Positions 36,822 to 49,899 of a stretch of 64,000 bases of DNA are shown piece after piece (position 1 is the first letter of the stretch; the number at the start of each line of letters is the position of its first letter). This DNA comes from Tubiluchus corallicola (Eukaryota > Animalia > Priapulida). The DNA is taken from the NCBI GenBank assembly GCA_030141605.1, contig JAQGDQ010000078.1:186001-250000 (forward strand). Reading direction: 5' to 3'. Under the pieces are notes generated by a model, which was given only the letters and a program-made list of their open reading frames with translations, searched no databases and had not been told where the DNA came from. The position numbers and the translations under genes are program-made.

Positions 36822-37562
36822 TAGGCCGGATGAATACCTCAAGAGGCCTTAGATACTGAAACGATGATGGCATCCCCATATACGTGTATTTCAGCGACCG
36901 AAAACATCGCTAGAAACTTACAAACTATGCAATCCTGAACTATCTGTGCACCCAGTATACTCTAAGCTAAGGTAATGACAGGAGTTAATAAGTTCAATAG
37001 AATTACATGGAAAATGACTAGACTCCCGTATCATGTAATGCGAATTCTCCAGCTGTACAGTCGAACTTCATGTGTTATGCATTTGTTCTATGTCAAATGC
37101 TATTATAAACCAATAATTAATAGTAACTTTAATTTCCTATGTGATATTTTTAGTTCTAACAATGTAATCAATAGTATAAATACAGTAGCGGAAATAATGA
37201 ACCTATATGATATTTGAATTAATTTTTATCTAAATTTGTAATCACTTCTTTCAATGAAAGCTTGTGTTTTTATCTAAGTGACCATTTAGACTCCTCATTA
37301 CCGATATTGCTTCTTTTTAATTTGGGCTAACTCTTACGGCTTTGTATTTGCTGTATTATTAATGTGATTTATCCCTGTTAGTCAACAAATTTCAATTCAA
37401 TTCAAGTCAGAAAAAACAATACTAAACTGTAAAATGAAACATGCCGCACATAATCCGATATATTTTACTTTTGGGTGTGTAATTCCATTTGAAAAACTGC
37501 ATGGGCCCTCTTTCCCTGAAACCCTTAGCACGTGCATATTTGCTTAGTGGTTAATCTAGGGT
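36822..37562. mobile_element. hAT-like MITE (copy 2) interrupted by a LINE 3' fragment (36895-37406, +, (ATTCA)n tail)
   Basis: Ends taggccggatgaa and tggttaatctagg, collinear with copy 1. The insert is flanked by duplicated tcag (36891-36894 and 37407-37410). A 10-bp direct repeat actggcccta lies at 36814-36823 and 37565-37574. Confidence 0.65.
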
Positions 37563-37984
37563 CAACTGGCCCTATCGTAGACATTGGCTGTTTTCCCATT
37601 TTCAATGCTTTCCTACAGTTTTCGATGATTTTTGTTTATTTTTTGAAAGCGGCAACTGCGCAAGTTTTTATTTTCCTTCTAATCTAGAATTTACATACTA
37701 CTGTCATTTCGTGGGAAATTCGATGGAGATTGGGGAATGACTGGCTTCCTTTGATTTTGTAGTAGTTTTATTGTAGTAATATTGATTTATTGATTTACTA
37801 TAGTATTTTGTGTATGTATGACGTAGTAGTTTTTATTGTACACATGTTTTCATATGTTTTTACTCGGAATAAAGTTTATCTATTTTATCTATTTATCTGT
37901 CTGTCTGTCTGCCTGTCTGTCTGCCTGTAATCAGGGCGAAAAAACATCTTGAGTGATTATCGTGTGAGCATCTAGGTTTCAACT

Positions 37985-38040
37985 ACCAAGTTAAGCAACG
38001 TTGGGTTTCTTCAGTAAATGGATAAATAACTAGTAGGAAA
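37985..38040 (+). pseudogene. 5S rRNA-derived relic (SINE3-like head or 5S pseudogene fragment)
   Basis: accaagttaagcaacgttggg..cagtaaatggat matches the 5S internal control region (ACCGAAGTTAAGCAACGTCGGG..AGTACTTGGATGGGTGAC) with a decayed box C. Confidence 0.5.
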
Positions 38041-39375
38041 GTAGTATTTACCCAGTTTCATCTGCAGTTCTATACCTCCGCCAGTTTGTGTTGTCCAGTT
38101 TTGTACGTTTGACGTAGTGTTAAAGTGGCGAATGTTCTTCAAGCCAGTTAAACTGTCAGTTTTCTTTCAGGCTTCATGAACAGACTTGCATAGCTAGTTT
38201 GGAAACTGCGGTGGATAAAATGCATTACCAAATTTAAATATTAGGAAAACAAATAATAAGATACTAAGCTATTAGTTTAGTAATTTAAGAGCCTCACTGT
38301 CAGATCTTTTTGACTGACTTTAAACAGAAAACAAGACCTTAAATTTTAAACAGAAATATACCATATAAAACCAGTCAGAAGTTAAAATTTTGTGGCGTTT
38401 AGGAAATAATCTGATGTATTATATTTCTTTTTTTACTAATCCTTGACGTTTCGTAAAAGAATCTTTCATAGATGGAAATTCACTGTGCTAAATCCTTGAC
38501 TTCTTGAATGGCATCCAAGAGAAAAGTACCAGGCGTTTGACTCGGTCACGTGACTGTGTTCGATTCGTTGTGCAAAGTCATTTTCTGAATTTCGAAGCCA
38601 TTTCTGCAAGGTTGTTTGTCTATTTCTCTTAGTTTATGTGTCTTAGTTCTGTGTTTACATTAAGTATAAACACCAGCCGGCACTTAAATATATAGGTAGA
38701 ACCAGGACCAATTTCAGCAGAAACATTAAATCAGCAAGGCAACAGCAACTCGCAGATCATCAATAGTCAGAACCAAGTCGAAGAGAACACTGAATCTCAG
38801 CTGTTGAACGCTAGCTTAAAACGGTTTCTCAAACAAACCGTTTCGTCCCATTAGCATAGAAAGCAGGAATCCTTGAAGTATGCAAATTACGTCAACCACG
38901 AGAACTAAAGTGGGCTACAAAATCGGCAAAGAAAAGGGAACGTTTCTTATAAAAACAAATCCAATTATATTCGAAAGGTTGTAGCAAGTTGGATATATCT
39001 GTCACGTTGTTTTTGTCAAGTAATTTTTTCAACAGTGTTCTAATGTTCATTTGGATGCGGTTCATAATGTCACCTCTCCCCTGATTATCTAAGAAAATCA
39101 TCCAAATGTACTTGAAACACGCACAGAAAGTCACGCAAACTATAAATCAAATTAATTCTATTATTCTTCGACAAAACCAGATTCTGAAATTTATAAACAA
39201 TAAACAATTATTTTATAAACGCAACCGTGAAATTTTTGACCTCCAAAGGTGACCGAGCCTCTATTGTTACAGCCTTTTACATTATTCTTACTCTGTTACC
39301 TATTAAGAAAGTTTATAATATAATTGTCAGTGGTGTTGACGATAATGATAATGATGATAATGATGACAATAATAA

Positions 39376-39712
39376 TGATGATTTGAACAGTAAATATTGG
39401 GATAAACATTTCTCCGGACTGCTGCTGCTGCTGCTGATGATGATAATGGTTTGAGCAGTAGTCAACGTTGTGATAAACTATTCTCCAGACTGCTGCTGCT
39501 GCTGATGATGATGATGGTTCGAACAGTAGTCAACGTTGGGATAAACCGCTCTCCAAACTGCTGCTGGTGCTGCTTTTGATGATGATGATGATTTGAACAA
39601 TAGTCAACGTTGAGATAAACCATTCTCCAGAATGTTACTGCTACTGTTGCTGAAGATGATGATGATTTGAGCAGTAGTCAATATTGGGAAAAGCATTTTT
39701 CCAAACTGTTGC
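39376..39712. repeat. Five ~40-bp conserved cores separated by variable (CTG)n(GAT)n spacers
   Basis: Core tt(t/c)ga(a/g)cagtagtcaacgttgggataaaccattctccagac starts at 39382, 39450, 39518, 39592 and 39666 (periods 68, 68, 74, 74). Confidence 0.92.
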
Positions 39713-42531
39713 ATGCAAGTAAATACAAAGTTTGATTTGCGTTAGCACTTGTCCCTGAGGCATACTGCAAAAGGTTTGAACAGTATACGAAATAACAGAC
39801 AGACACTCACCCCTTATTTTGAGACCTTTAATTTTGGGGCGACTTATAGTAATAAATGGGGATGTGCTAACGTGGAAATAAGTCAAGACAAGAATAGTAT
39901 TCCGACACTATTGAAAATAATGTTATTAAGAAAATTAAGAAAAGTTATTTATTCAGGAAAATTTGGTTGAGCAAAGCTCGTTTACAACAAGGTCCTGATT
40001 GGTGGCTTTAAATTTAAAACTAAGAAAATAAATACATGTAAGGACAAAAACATAAAAATTTGCTGACATACACAAAAATCATACAAACATTGTAATTTAA
40101 AACATAAAGAAATAAACAGAAACGCAAAAAACAATGCTAAGATTACAACATAAAATAACTTATTTAGTCTAATAGGTTATTAACCTACTTGATAAAATTA
40201 TCGAAGTTGAAGTAGGTTTTCTAACCCCTAGATAACTTGAACTCAATTAACACATACAGTTTGTGCTATTAAATGAATCGTAAAACGTATGACAAGGAAG
40301 TTTCAGAAATCTGTCAAGACTTGCAGCACAGCATATATGTTACTGCAAACTCAAGCACTCACTGCGTGGCATTTAACCGATAATAGCGAGTCGACTTGTC
40401 ACCATTGCCCATCAATGCAGTTCATTCAGATCATATTAAATGTTGGCAAGCCAGTCATGTGAACGACGTCAAAGCTAGCAGCTGCATCAAGAAGACAGGA
40501 TTAACGCGTAATACTCCAGGACTTCAATCTAACGTGTCACGCTGAGCTTTCGCTATATGACTGCATTTCAATATGCACTAAATGACATGGCTTCAGAGAT
40601 GCTAACAGAATTTATGGTTGCACTAATTTAATATCGTAACCCTTATAGATGATACTTTGTCTGACTTTGTTTAATGCAAAATTATATGCAGACGACTGTT
40701 CTGGCAGATTCGGAGATCAAACAACTAAATCGATACATCAGTTATTTCGTTACATCGTTGGGCATGCTATTTTAAGTCTTATTTGTTTAGTAAACAATAC
40801 CGCATCGAAATTAATGCTTGTCACTCATTATGGGTAGTGTTCTACATGGTTGTGTACTTGCACCGATTTTTTTTCTATATGTACGAGGTTGTTAGCCAGT
40901 GATGCTGAGAAATGAAATGTTGACATTCAAAGCTAGCTATGCTGATGACACACAGTCACAATAGCACTTTTCATTTCGACCTCACGCAACTGAAGCTGAT
41001 CGTTCTATACATGCTATTCAAAACTGCAAAACAGCATAAAACGTTGGATGTTTTTCAACATTTGCTTTACGACTTAGCGTCTAGCAGAAAAAAGACAACA
41101 CAGCAAGTGTCTCTTACATCGCCATATTAGACTCTTTATACATAAAATAACAATGAAATTACGTAGCGCTTTAATTACTTAATTATAATAACTCGTATTT
41201 TGTGCTCTTCGTGCGTGACCGTTTTTGATTTCAATTCAGTTGGCCATTAATGACATTTTGCATTACGGCTCGTCGCATTTATACAGCTCTAATCCAGCAA
41301 CCCTGCTGTGGCCGCCAATGTTTGCTATTTCCAACTGTGCATATAGATTAACCTACAGCAAATCGATTATTTTAGCCTTTAGTTCTGTTGATACTATCTA
41401 CATTAGTGGCATTAATCTAAATTACAGGCCCACATACCGATGGTCGTGCCAAATGATTGCTTGAAATTCGGTCTGACTTCGATTATATAATCAATATAAG
41501 TAAATTGCAAATCGTATATGTTTATGATTCTTGTTCACATTAGACGAACGACGCAGTTTAACCAACAGTTTTCTCACGTAATTTCCTACAAGTAAATAAT
41601 GATGAACCTGCACTAGCTTAAGGCCTGTTTATTGATTGTTTGTTTTTTTGTTGAAATTGTTTATAGAACTTTACACAATAATGCCAGCAGTTACAAAACA
41701 CGTTTAAATATTCCTTAGAGTCAAACTAAACCGTCACTATAAAATAAGCTTTTACAACTTGAAGTCCTACTTTCATTACGAATATTCAACTTATTTTATT
41801 ATAAACTTGCTGTAAAACTTGTTTCTTTTGATTTTTATCACTTCGTTGTTAGCGGTATTAAATTTGAAGAACCGCCATTTGAAAAACCGAGACGAATGAC
41901 GTAAGGTGTGTAGTCACGAGGCCACCAAAGATAGGTAAACGAACACCGATAAGCAAAGATGCTTTCTGCACTACGTACGTCATTCTCGCTCACTTGCGCC
42001 AAAGACGCGGAACATGGAGATCTTTACGGCACACGTTCGAAGTTCACCAGAAAAAGGTAAATTATTTTATTTATCAGCTTCCTTTGTTTAATAATAATTA
42101 TGAATTCTTTGTGTCATCACAATAATGAGTTAAAAAACTTCAATGTCTGTTGGAGTTGTATAGGCCTAAGCTTTTGAATGTATGAACTGTAAGGCTCAGA
42201 ATGTATTCCCGAGGCAAACAAGTAATTGTTACAATTAGAGACGAACAACAAACTTTCACAATGCGATGAACTAATTATGATCCTTAGACTGCAGCATTTT
42301 ATATGTTGTTGGAGCACCGTCCCTGTGTTTAAAGGCTCGACAAACAAAAGCGCAATTGCTTAGGAAGGCAATTCGTGATTTATTAGTGCTACACATAAAG
42401 CTAAAAACAAGGATACAAAACATACACACAGTTTTAATTGAGAAATATAGCAACACTACAGATATGAGCACTACTGATAGAAAATAACAGCAGACCTATA
42501 ACTATTTCTAAAATCATTAATAAAATAAAAG

Positions 42532-43285
42532 TGCAATTTCTTATCTCACCATGACTAATAATTCCTATTAGTATAACTTCCGTTGGTTCAATAATAGCTT
42601 TTGTTGGTGACATTTATAAGACCCTACAGTATATTGTACTCATGGCTGGAATAGGTTCACTTTTAAAATTAAAAGTGATAAAATTGAAATTAAAGAAATA
42701 AAATTTAATGCCGGCAAGGAAATACAGTAGACCCTCTGTAAGCATGTGAATGCAACTTCAGACCAACTTCAACTCTGGCCTTGCAGTAGTAAAACTACCA
42801 GTCACGTGCACACCTGAGCTTATAAAAAGGGAAGGTCTACTGTAGATCCTTGTTAGTGGTCAGCCGCATCCAGTGCAATGTGTGTTCCTCCAGCTCTATT
42901 CACACTATCAGGCTTTACCCCAAACGGGCAGGCTGAGACATTTCTTCGACATTTGGGAAAGCTGATTGTGTACTTGTACAAGTTTAATAATAAATGGTCA
43001 ATTCAGTTCCATGATCTAATTCGACGATTTTATTTTAGCCTAAATGTTTGGTTAACCTAAGTATAAACATGCAACACAACCTGTATTTAGGCTGCAGTGC
43101 TATCTTCCAAATTCTTGACACCAGTGGGGACTGCTGTCCGTTCACAACAATTAGATACGCTACTACACTTTTATTAACATGAGGTAAGACCACTGCATGC
43201 AATGTCTTATCTCACCATGACTAGTAATTCCTATTAGTATAGGTTCCGTTGGTTCAATAATAACTTTTATTGTTGACATTTATAA
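42532..43285. repeat. 88-bp direct repeats (42532-42619 and 43198-43285) flanking a 578-bp segment with LTR-like features
   Basis: tgcaat.tcttatctcaccatgacta.taattcctattagtata..ttccgttggttcaataata.ctttt..tg.tgacatttataa occurs twice. The interior has tataaaa (~42821) and aataaa (~42989). Confidence 0.85.
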
Positions 43286-44039
43286 TGTTAAAATCAAATA
43301 ACTCTACTATGATATATATATATATAACATATATATATATATATATAGGTACTAAGAACATTTTTTATGATTATGAACCTAAAAAGTTTAATATATTCTC
43401 ACGCTCGAACAGTTGCTTGTGTCTTATTGATTCATACAAATGACGTCCTATTACGCACGCTTCCTGTATCTACGTAAAATAACGAATGACCTATTTTTAG
43501 ATTCGCCTTTCTTTACGTACTACAGAAGTCATTTACAAACATTTGCAAAGAACCCTACTGGCTTCCGCAGGTAAGTATTGATCAGCGACAAATATTTTCA
43601 AAGAAGCTGTAACGGATGCTAGAGTTGTTTCTTTGTCAGAACGAGTGTTAAGTGCGGGTTTCTTGCTAGCAGTGCACGTAAAGCAATTACACCTGCGTCA
43701 CCTGCGTCTGAGCTAATGAGCAACAGAAAACCAAATCTGTAATTATTACATTGATTATTTGGGCCTCAGCTGACGAAATTGCCCAATGATACCGGGTGTT
43801 TACAATCGAGTGCTTCGAGTAACATTCGTATAGCAATTATTGCCTAAATTCCTGAATTGTAAATTCAGAGCAGCCAAAAAATTCATGAGCCATCCATAAT
43901 TTCTATTGGGACATTGTTTAGGATGTAGGCTTACACATCACTCTGTCAACTGTATAAGCAAGAAGGCAACAGTCATAGTACTGCAACGGGTAAACGGTAT
44001 AAAGCTATGATTAAGTGCTCCAATTCCTTAAGAATAAAC

Positions 44040-44332
44040 AATGGGGAAAAGGGCAAAAAATTATTGTTCTGTGACGGAGCACAGGGATAGATGGCAAGAC
44101 ATCTATTTGCGAAGCCTCGCCACCACAAAGACAGAAGTCTCGCCAGTCGCCTTGCTGCCTTTCTTTCCCACTATAAGAGTAACCAAGAGAGGCTGAGTAG
44201 CGTGAGTACTAAACCTGCTAGGAAGGCGGGCAGAAAATCCTTTTAGAGTGGTGAATGGCTCAAAAAACTGACATGTTGGGGTTTAAATCCAGAATCACGG
44301 AATTGGCAGGCATATACGGCTACCATTTGGCC
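44040..44332 (-). mobile_element. tRNA-derived SINE (decayed)
   Basis: Reverse complement ggccaaatggtag (A box) .. ggatttaaacccc (B box), followed by a GC-richer body. Confidence 0.5.
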
Positions 44333-46971
44333 TTGGTTTTGTTTAAAAACTTTAATAATCGACAGATTATTTCATTGTTAAATAAAAAACTTGAAACAAT
44401 ATTACATTTTTATTATATCCTTATCACAATTAATTACAAAATCGATTTTCGTTTACAGATAAAAATTTATTGAAAGTGGCCTTTCTTGCAAATGGCTTAC
44501 TTTTATTTTATTTAATGAATTTTTTACGGCTTCCATTTGTGAATAACTTAACTGTTGATAAACTATTTTTTATTAAGTCTAGGTACATACAGATAAATAT
44601 AGAACCTTGAAACTTTACCTTAGTTCTTACTTACAAGCACCCAAAAGCAAATAGAGAGCAATATTAACTTTTCAAGTTGTAATAATTTAACAAAAATTAC
44701 GTATATTATTGATAACAACAATTATATTGTTCATAATTTATTGCTTGCATTCTGGCATCATCATCTGGCATTGCGTAAACGTAAGCAATAAAAGGGTACC
44801 ATGTTGTTAATGACAATAGCTGCTGCTTTTTGTTGCATTATTAAGTTTCGGATTTCCCCAGTAACAAATCAGTTTCCAAGTTCCACATTCATCTGTGTCA
44901 ATAACTTCAGTTCAAATTCATATTTTTATTATTGCATGCAGTCACATAACTTTACAGAGTACAGACAAATCAATGGTAAATATTGCATTATTTTCTCATT
45001 TACAATACGCTTTTAACTACCTCCAATCAACTTAATTACCCAGTATACTTTCCCGGTGTACACATAACACTTAGCTAGTATCTAGTACAACAATATAGCA
45101 CCTTAAATGACTAAAGAATGCAAAAACTGGAGATAAAAGTGTTTTTACCATCTTGCATGTACTTATTATAAGATATTGATCCTTGCTTCTTTAATGGGTG
45201 ATTGTGTATTATATCACACAGAACCACAGACGCCACCTAGAATCAGAAATGAACAATCAGTCTGCGACAACATAATGCCTGTTTCCTGACTAAAGCTCCT
45301 CCATCACAATAAAACTTAACAAGTGACAACAGTCTTGGCTGAAAAAACGCCCATTTATTGATAAAATGCTTAATCGAATCACTGAGCGGTATCAGTTTGT
45401 CAGGACTAAACATTTCAGCGACAGAACCTATTAGATACTTAAGGGTTTCAGAAATACTCGGAAAATATAAGATCACTAAGGCGGTGATGTGATTCCTGTT
45501 TTAACAGGGAAAAACGTTTTTGCGTTTATTAAAAGCAATAATTTATTTATTGAACCATTTAGCAAAGCAAATTGCAAGAGACAAAGAAAATCTAGACTTA
45601 AAAAACATTATACATCGGAACAAAGAAATCACATAATGGTTTAAGCACAAAAAAACGCATACAACAGAGCAACATGCATACATATCACAAACTTAATATT
45701 ACATGTATTACAGTTAGTCAGTCAATCAGGCTTGCACTGAGTTATCTCACTCGGGCCTGTCTTCAAATATTTTGCGGAGCAATCTGGCATTGATTTTAAT
45801 AATTTCTACATCTTGTGATACATTTGAAAACACGAACTATTATTCGTTATTAGGAGAAATATAATGAAAGTTAAGACAGAAATCAGAAATAAGACAAAAA
45901 CATACTTACAAACCAAAATGCAATTAAGTCTAAGTGTTTTTTCTTCGGTTAAAGTCTTATCTCCTCTAAATAATTACAGATTTAGGCCTATATAGAAAAT
46001 ATTGTTCCGTCGCTGTTTGAGCATTCATTTATTCTCCAAAATGGCAATTAGGCCTAACCTAGCATTTTTGTTTTTGGCAACCAGAAATAGTAGTGCAAAC
46101 GGTTGTGTCCGAAAAAGATAGTCTGTCAAAATTATGTAAGTTTGCATGTTTGTGAAAGGTAAAAAGGTCTACCTTTCCATTTTTTCTTACCGATCATCTA
46201 ATTTACATATTTCTCGACTGACGTTCAATGAACATTCTGTTTTTACCAAATTGGGTCAATGCTACGCAAAAATGCACCTATCAAGATGAAATGTCCAAAA
46301 TTTTGACAGAATTTTCGGAAAAAGACCTCCTTCTTTTAGCCTTGTTTAGATTTGAAAATAAATTATACTTTATTCGTTAACAAATGAATTTGCAATCAAT
46401 AAAAATTATGCAAAAAACTACGGTAAAATCTCTGCGGAGTTGACAAACATTGTTAAAATTTCCACCGCAAAAATGCGGTGTCGTTAAGAACAGTGGTGAT
46501 ACTAATACTGAAACCCTGAATGTGACGAAAACTAAGCCTAACAGTAATCTGTCCAGCTGAACTGAAACCTTTCAATTACAACAAGAATCTCATTAGTAAA
46601 TAGTTCTTTTCTGTTTGCTCATCGAGTATGGATTTAGTCGAGGTGACTTACCTCTTTTCAGTTTAATTAGTTAAAATGGGCCGTTTGTAGTTTCATTAAC
46701 GATACCTTGACAGTTTTCAACAGCATTTATGGCACAGCATCATCCAATTTCGGCCAACACTGTGAGTAAAGAATAAATCTAATTTACGAACAGAAATCTA
46801 GCGGGGATGTAATTTCGTACATATCGTTGTAAACAGTAATTAAGCAACCATTGATTGAATCTAGCCTCTACCATGCAAAGGCTAGTAATTCCAAAATCAA
46901 TCAGCACCTTAATCGGGTTAGCGGAATCTTACTACAGTGATTATTGGCAAAGTGAGCCGTGCACACATACT

Positions 46972-46972
46972 G

Positions 46973-47032
<60 letters not shown>

Positions 47033-47150
47033 GTCTCTCTCTCTCTGTCTCTCTCTCTCTTTCTTACTCACTCCCTCTCTTTTCTACTGCTTATTCTCCC
47101 TAACCCCCTCTCTACCCCCTCTCTCTCCCACCCTTCTTTCTTCCTCCTCC
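46972..47150. repeat. (CT)n microsatellite and polypyrimidine tract
   Basis: Directly visible. Confidence 0.97.
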
Positions 47151-49899
47151 CTTAAATGTGAGCCACGATAAAAAAGTTTTTATGGAAACGTACACTTAAC
47201 ATAAAGATATTTTCAACGTAATTAAAATAGCCTGCGTTGCTGCGATTGACATTCCTACTGTTTATATGTTTAATAGTGATAACCGAGTTGTTTACACCAA
47301 TCCTAGAATTCGTTTGTATTATAATTTCAAAATATGACACGCTGTTTAACAATGCAAAGTTTCTCCACTGCACTATTTTGAAGATTTGGCTCTTTGCATT
47401 TTAATAGAAAGTTTGCGTGAAGAATTCTCAAAAGTTTTAATTTTTCTTTGCATGTGTTCAAGTATTTTGTTTCATTTAAAAAAATACAAATTGTAGTGAC
47501 TTCCAAGGCACTCCGGCACATCTACTATTCGAAAGCAAAGGTCTGTTGAGGTAAAACAAAAGCCGCTAGATAGGTTCTCACTCGGCCCTATAATGGCAAG
47601 CACCTATTTATTGTGACCGTAGACATTTTTTAACAGGGGTGTACTTTTTTAAAGGATTTAGCGTTCGTCAAGAAAGTATTATTCTCCGTGCCTGAGACAT
47701 TTTTGATTATTTGCGACACACTCCAACTTTTCTGCTCAATTCAATTATAGATTGTAAAGAACTCTCGTGACACAAACGCAAACAAAACATACAATAATAA
47801 CAATGATAAAAATTATAATTATGCTAATGTATTTACACAAAAAACTCGAGTTGTTGTGAGTGAAGTGAGCACAGATTCAGATGAAACGAAAAATATCGAT
47901 TAAGTAACAGCTGAAACTACAATTTTGAAAAGATTTTGTTTAGCTATCAAAACAGTTTATAGATGTACATGCGCATGCGCGAAATGCTGAATATTTCAGA
48001 CAAAAATTTAGTGGTTTTGTTTAAATCTAAGCATCCTCAACGGGCAATTATTTAATATTCATTTACAGAGACTAAAGTTCTCTAAATATACCCTTCACAC
48101 CTTTAACGACTTTTTCCATTTGTATCCCAGTTTACATTACATGTAGATCTGTATATGAGCTTATTTTGCTTGTATGACATTAAAAACATGGCGAGGTCTT
48201 CACAGGATAAGTGTTTAGTGAAGGCTGCACTGTCCCGCAAAGAGTAATGAAATGACTTGGGATTGACACATATGTCCTGTCACATTGCAAAAATATTCCG
48301 GGTCTTGCATACGTACACCTACTGTGATCACATAAAGGAAGTAGTCACGGAAAATCCGCTACCAGTGGTACCCTCTCTGGCTGTACGACTGTTTACATTA
48401 ACCTGGATGTAAAAACTATGCTACAGGTAGAGTGTTTTCTGCCTAGTGTAAACGGGGTTTTAGGCACAACGAGTCGGTCTTTTGTTTTGAGTGGAAGTTG
48501 GGGAGGGGGTCTAAAAGCACTGTTAACACTAACTTAGGACAAAGCTGATTTTAAAAGCAAAAAAGTGTGAAACAAATGTGGAGGCTGCCTCAACTATGGC
48601 TGGCGTCTTCATGACTTTGAAATTACAACGAAGTGAAGCTTACCGATTTCACACGCCATTTTATTGTTCATTTCGAACCCAGCTTCGATTAATATTTTAG
48701 CTATAATTAAGAGCATTTAGATATTATAACGATTTCACCGCCTCAATCCACTATTTCTCGCTTGCAATGCAGTGCTATTGTGCAGAAATCAATTAGAACA
48801 TTAGGGGCTTGTGCGAGGAAGCCAATTTCCTTCTGGAAATTCTATGCACGTGTGCTATAATGTGCATGTCCTTTTCATTTGTGAAAGGAACAGTACAAAG
48901 CAGAGCAGGCTCGTTAGGCGCTTGGGTCTTAATTGGGCAGACACGTAAAAGGAAACATGCGGTCTGTTCTGAGGATTTTCTGTACCTACTGGTTTCCTTT
49001 TCTACTCGCTCTCATCTAATTATGCGCATATATAAATGCGTTAATTATAATTACTGCGAATTTCTATTGGTATTACAACGAATGCAGTTGAATAGTTTTA
49101 AGCTGTATTTCATATTTTGCATTTTCATGTTTATTTACGTTATGTACTGTTTTATCTATTTGATCAATTTGTACTCATTTTGTCAGCTGCATTTAAACCA
49201 CCACAAAATCTTTTATTTACTGAACAATTTTGTACATGCATGTTAAATTTGTATAATTTTAAGTTGTACTTCATATTTTTCATTCTTTATGTTTATTTAT
49301 ATTATGTATTGTTTTAGTACACGCGTTCTGGATGTAAAGGAGTCCATTCCTCATTCCAGCTATCGAATTTAAATAGAGGCCTTATCTTATCTTAATTCCT
49401 CTTAGCGTTTCTTTACGAGACAAGCATAATGTCGGGTAAAAGTTGCTGGGGAAAAAATGCTCCGAAAATAATGTACGAGAACGTGTATTGAGAAACCATA
49501 TCAATGATATCCTGGAACCATTTTTTATGATAGTGTGAATGGTAGTATTAAGCATCTTACCTAAGAATAGCTGCATATTAGCATTTTATGTGTTAACCTA
49601 ATATACCAATATCATCTAATTTTACCACTTCAGAAGAGCCATTAATCTAGCAAAACGTTATCGAAACTTTAACCTTATGTTTCACTTGCTTAATGGCGTC
49701 CTATCCGTGTTGGTTGCCCTGGGACAAGTGTTCCCTTGTTCCTTGTTCCCATCTTAGTCTAGTGCCATTTTCAGAAAAGTAAAACCCTTGAGGCGTTTTT
49801 TCTAAAAGTGGGCAACATAGCCAGTCATCTTCATCATCTTATCTGTTCTAATAGTTAAGATATAACGTTTATATGCTGGCGATCTATTTATATATATGC

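Noticed and set aside
38441-38475. Penelope-type minimal hammerhead ribozyme (minus strand ctatgaaag..cgaaacgtc; similar gtgatgaagatc..gaaag at ~13018-13045)
   Set aside because: The CUGAUGA core is mutated and stem II does not pair well; at best dead relics, and not supportable without a covariance-model search.
38696-38854. 52-codon Q/N/S-rich open frame (VEPGPISAETLNQQ..KRFLKQ) as a host exon or Crypton remnant
   Set aside because: No ATG, a weak acceptor, no donor before the stop and no recognisable domain.
39376-39712. CRISPR array
   Set aside because: Eukaryotic context, no cas genes, degenerate repeats, and spacers that are all (CTG)n(GAT)n rather than unique sequences.
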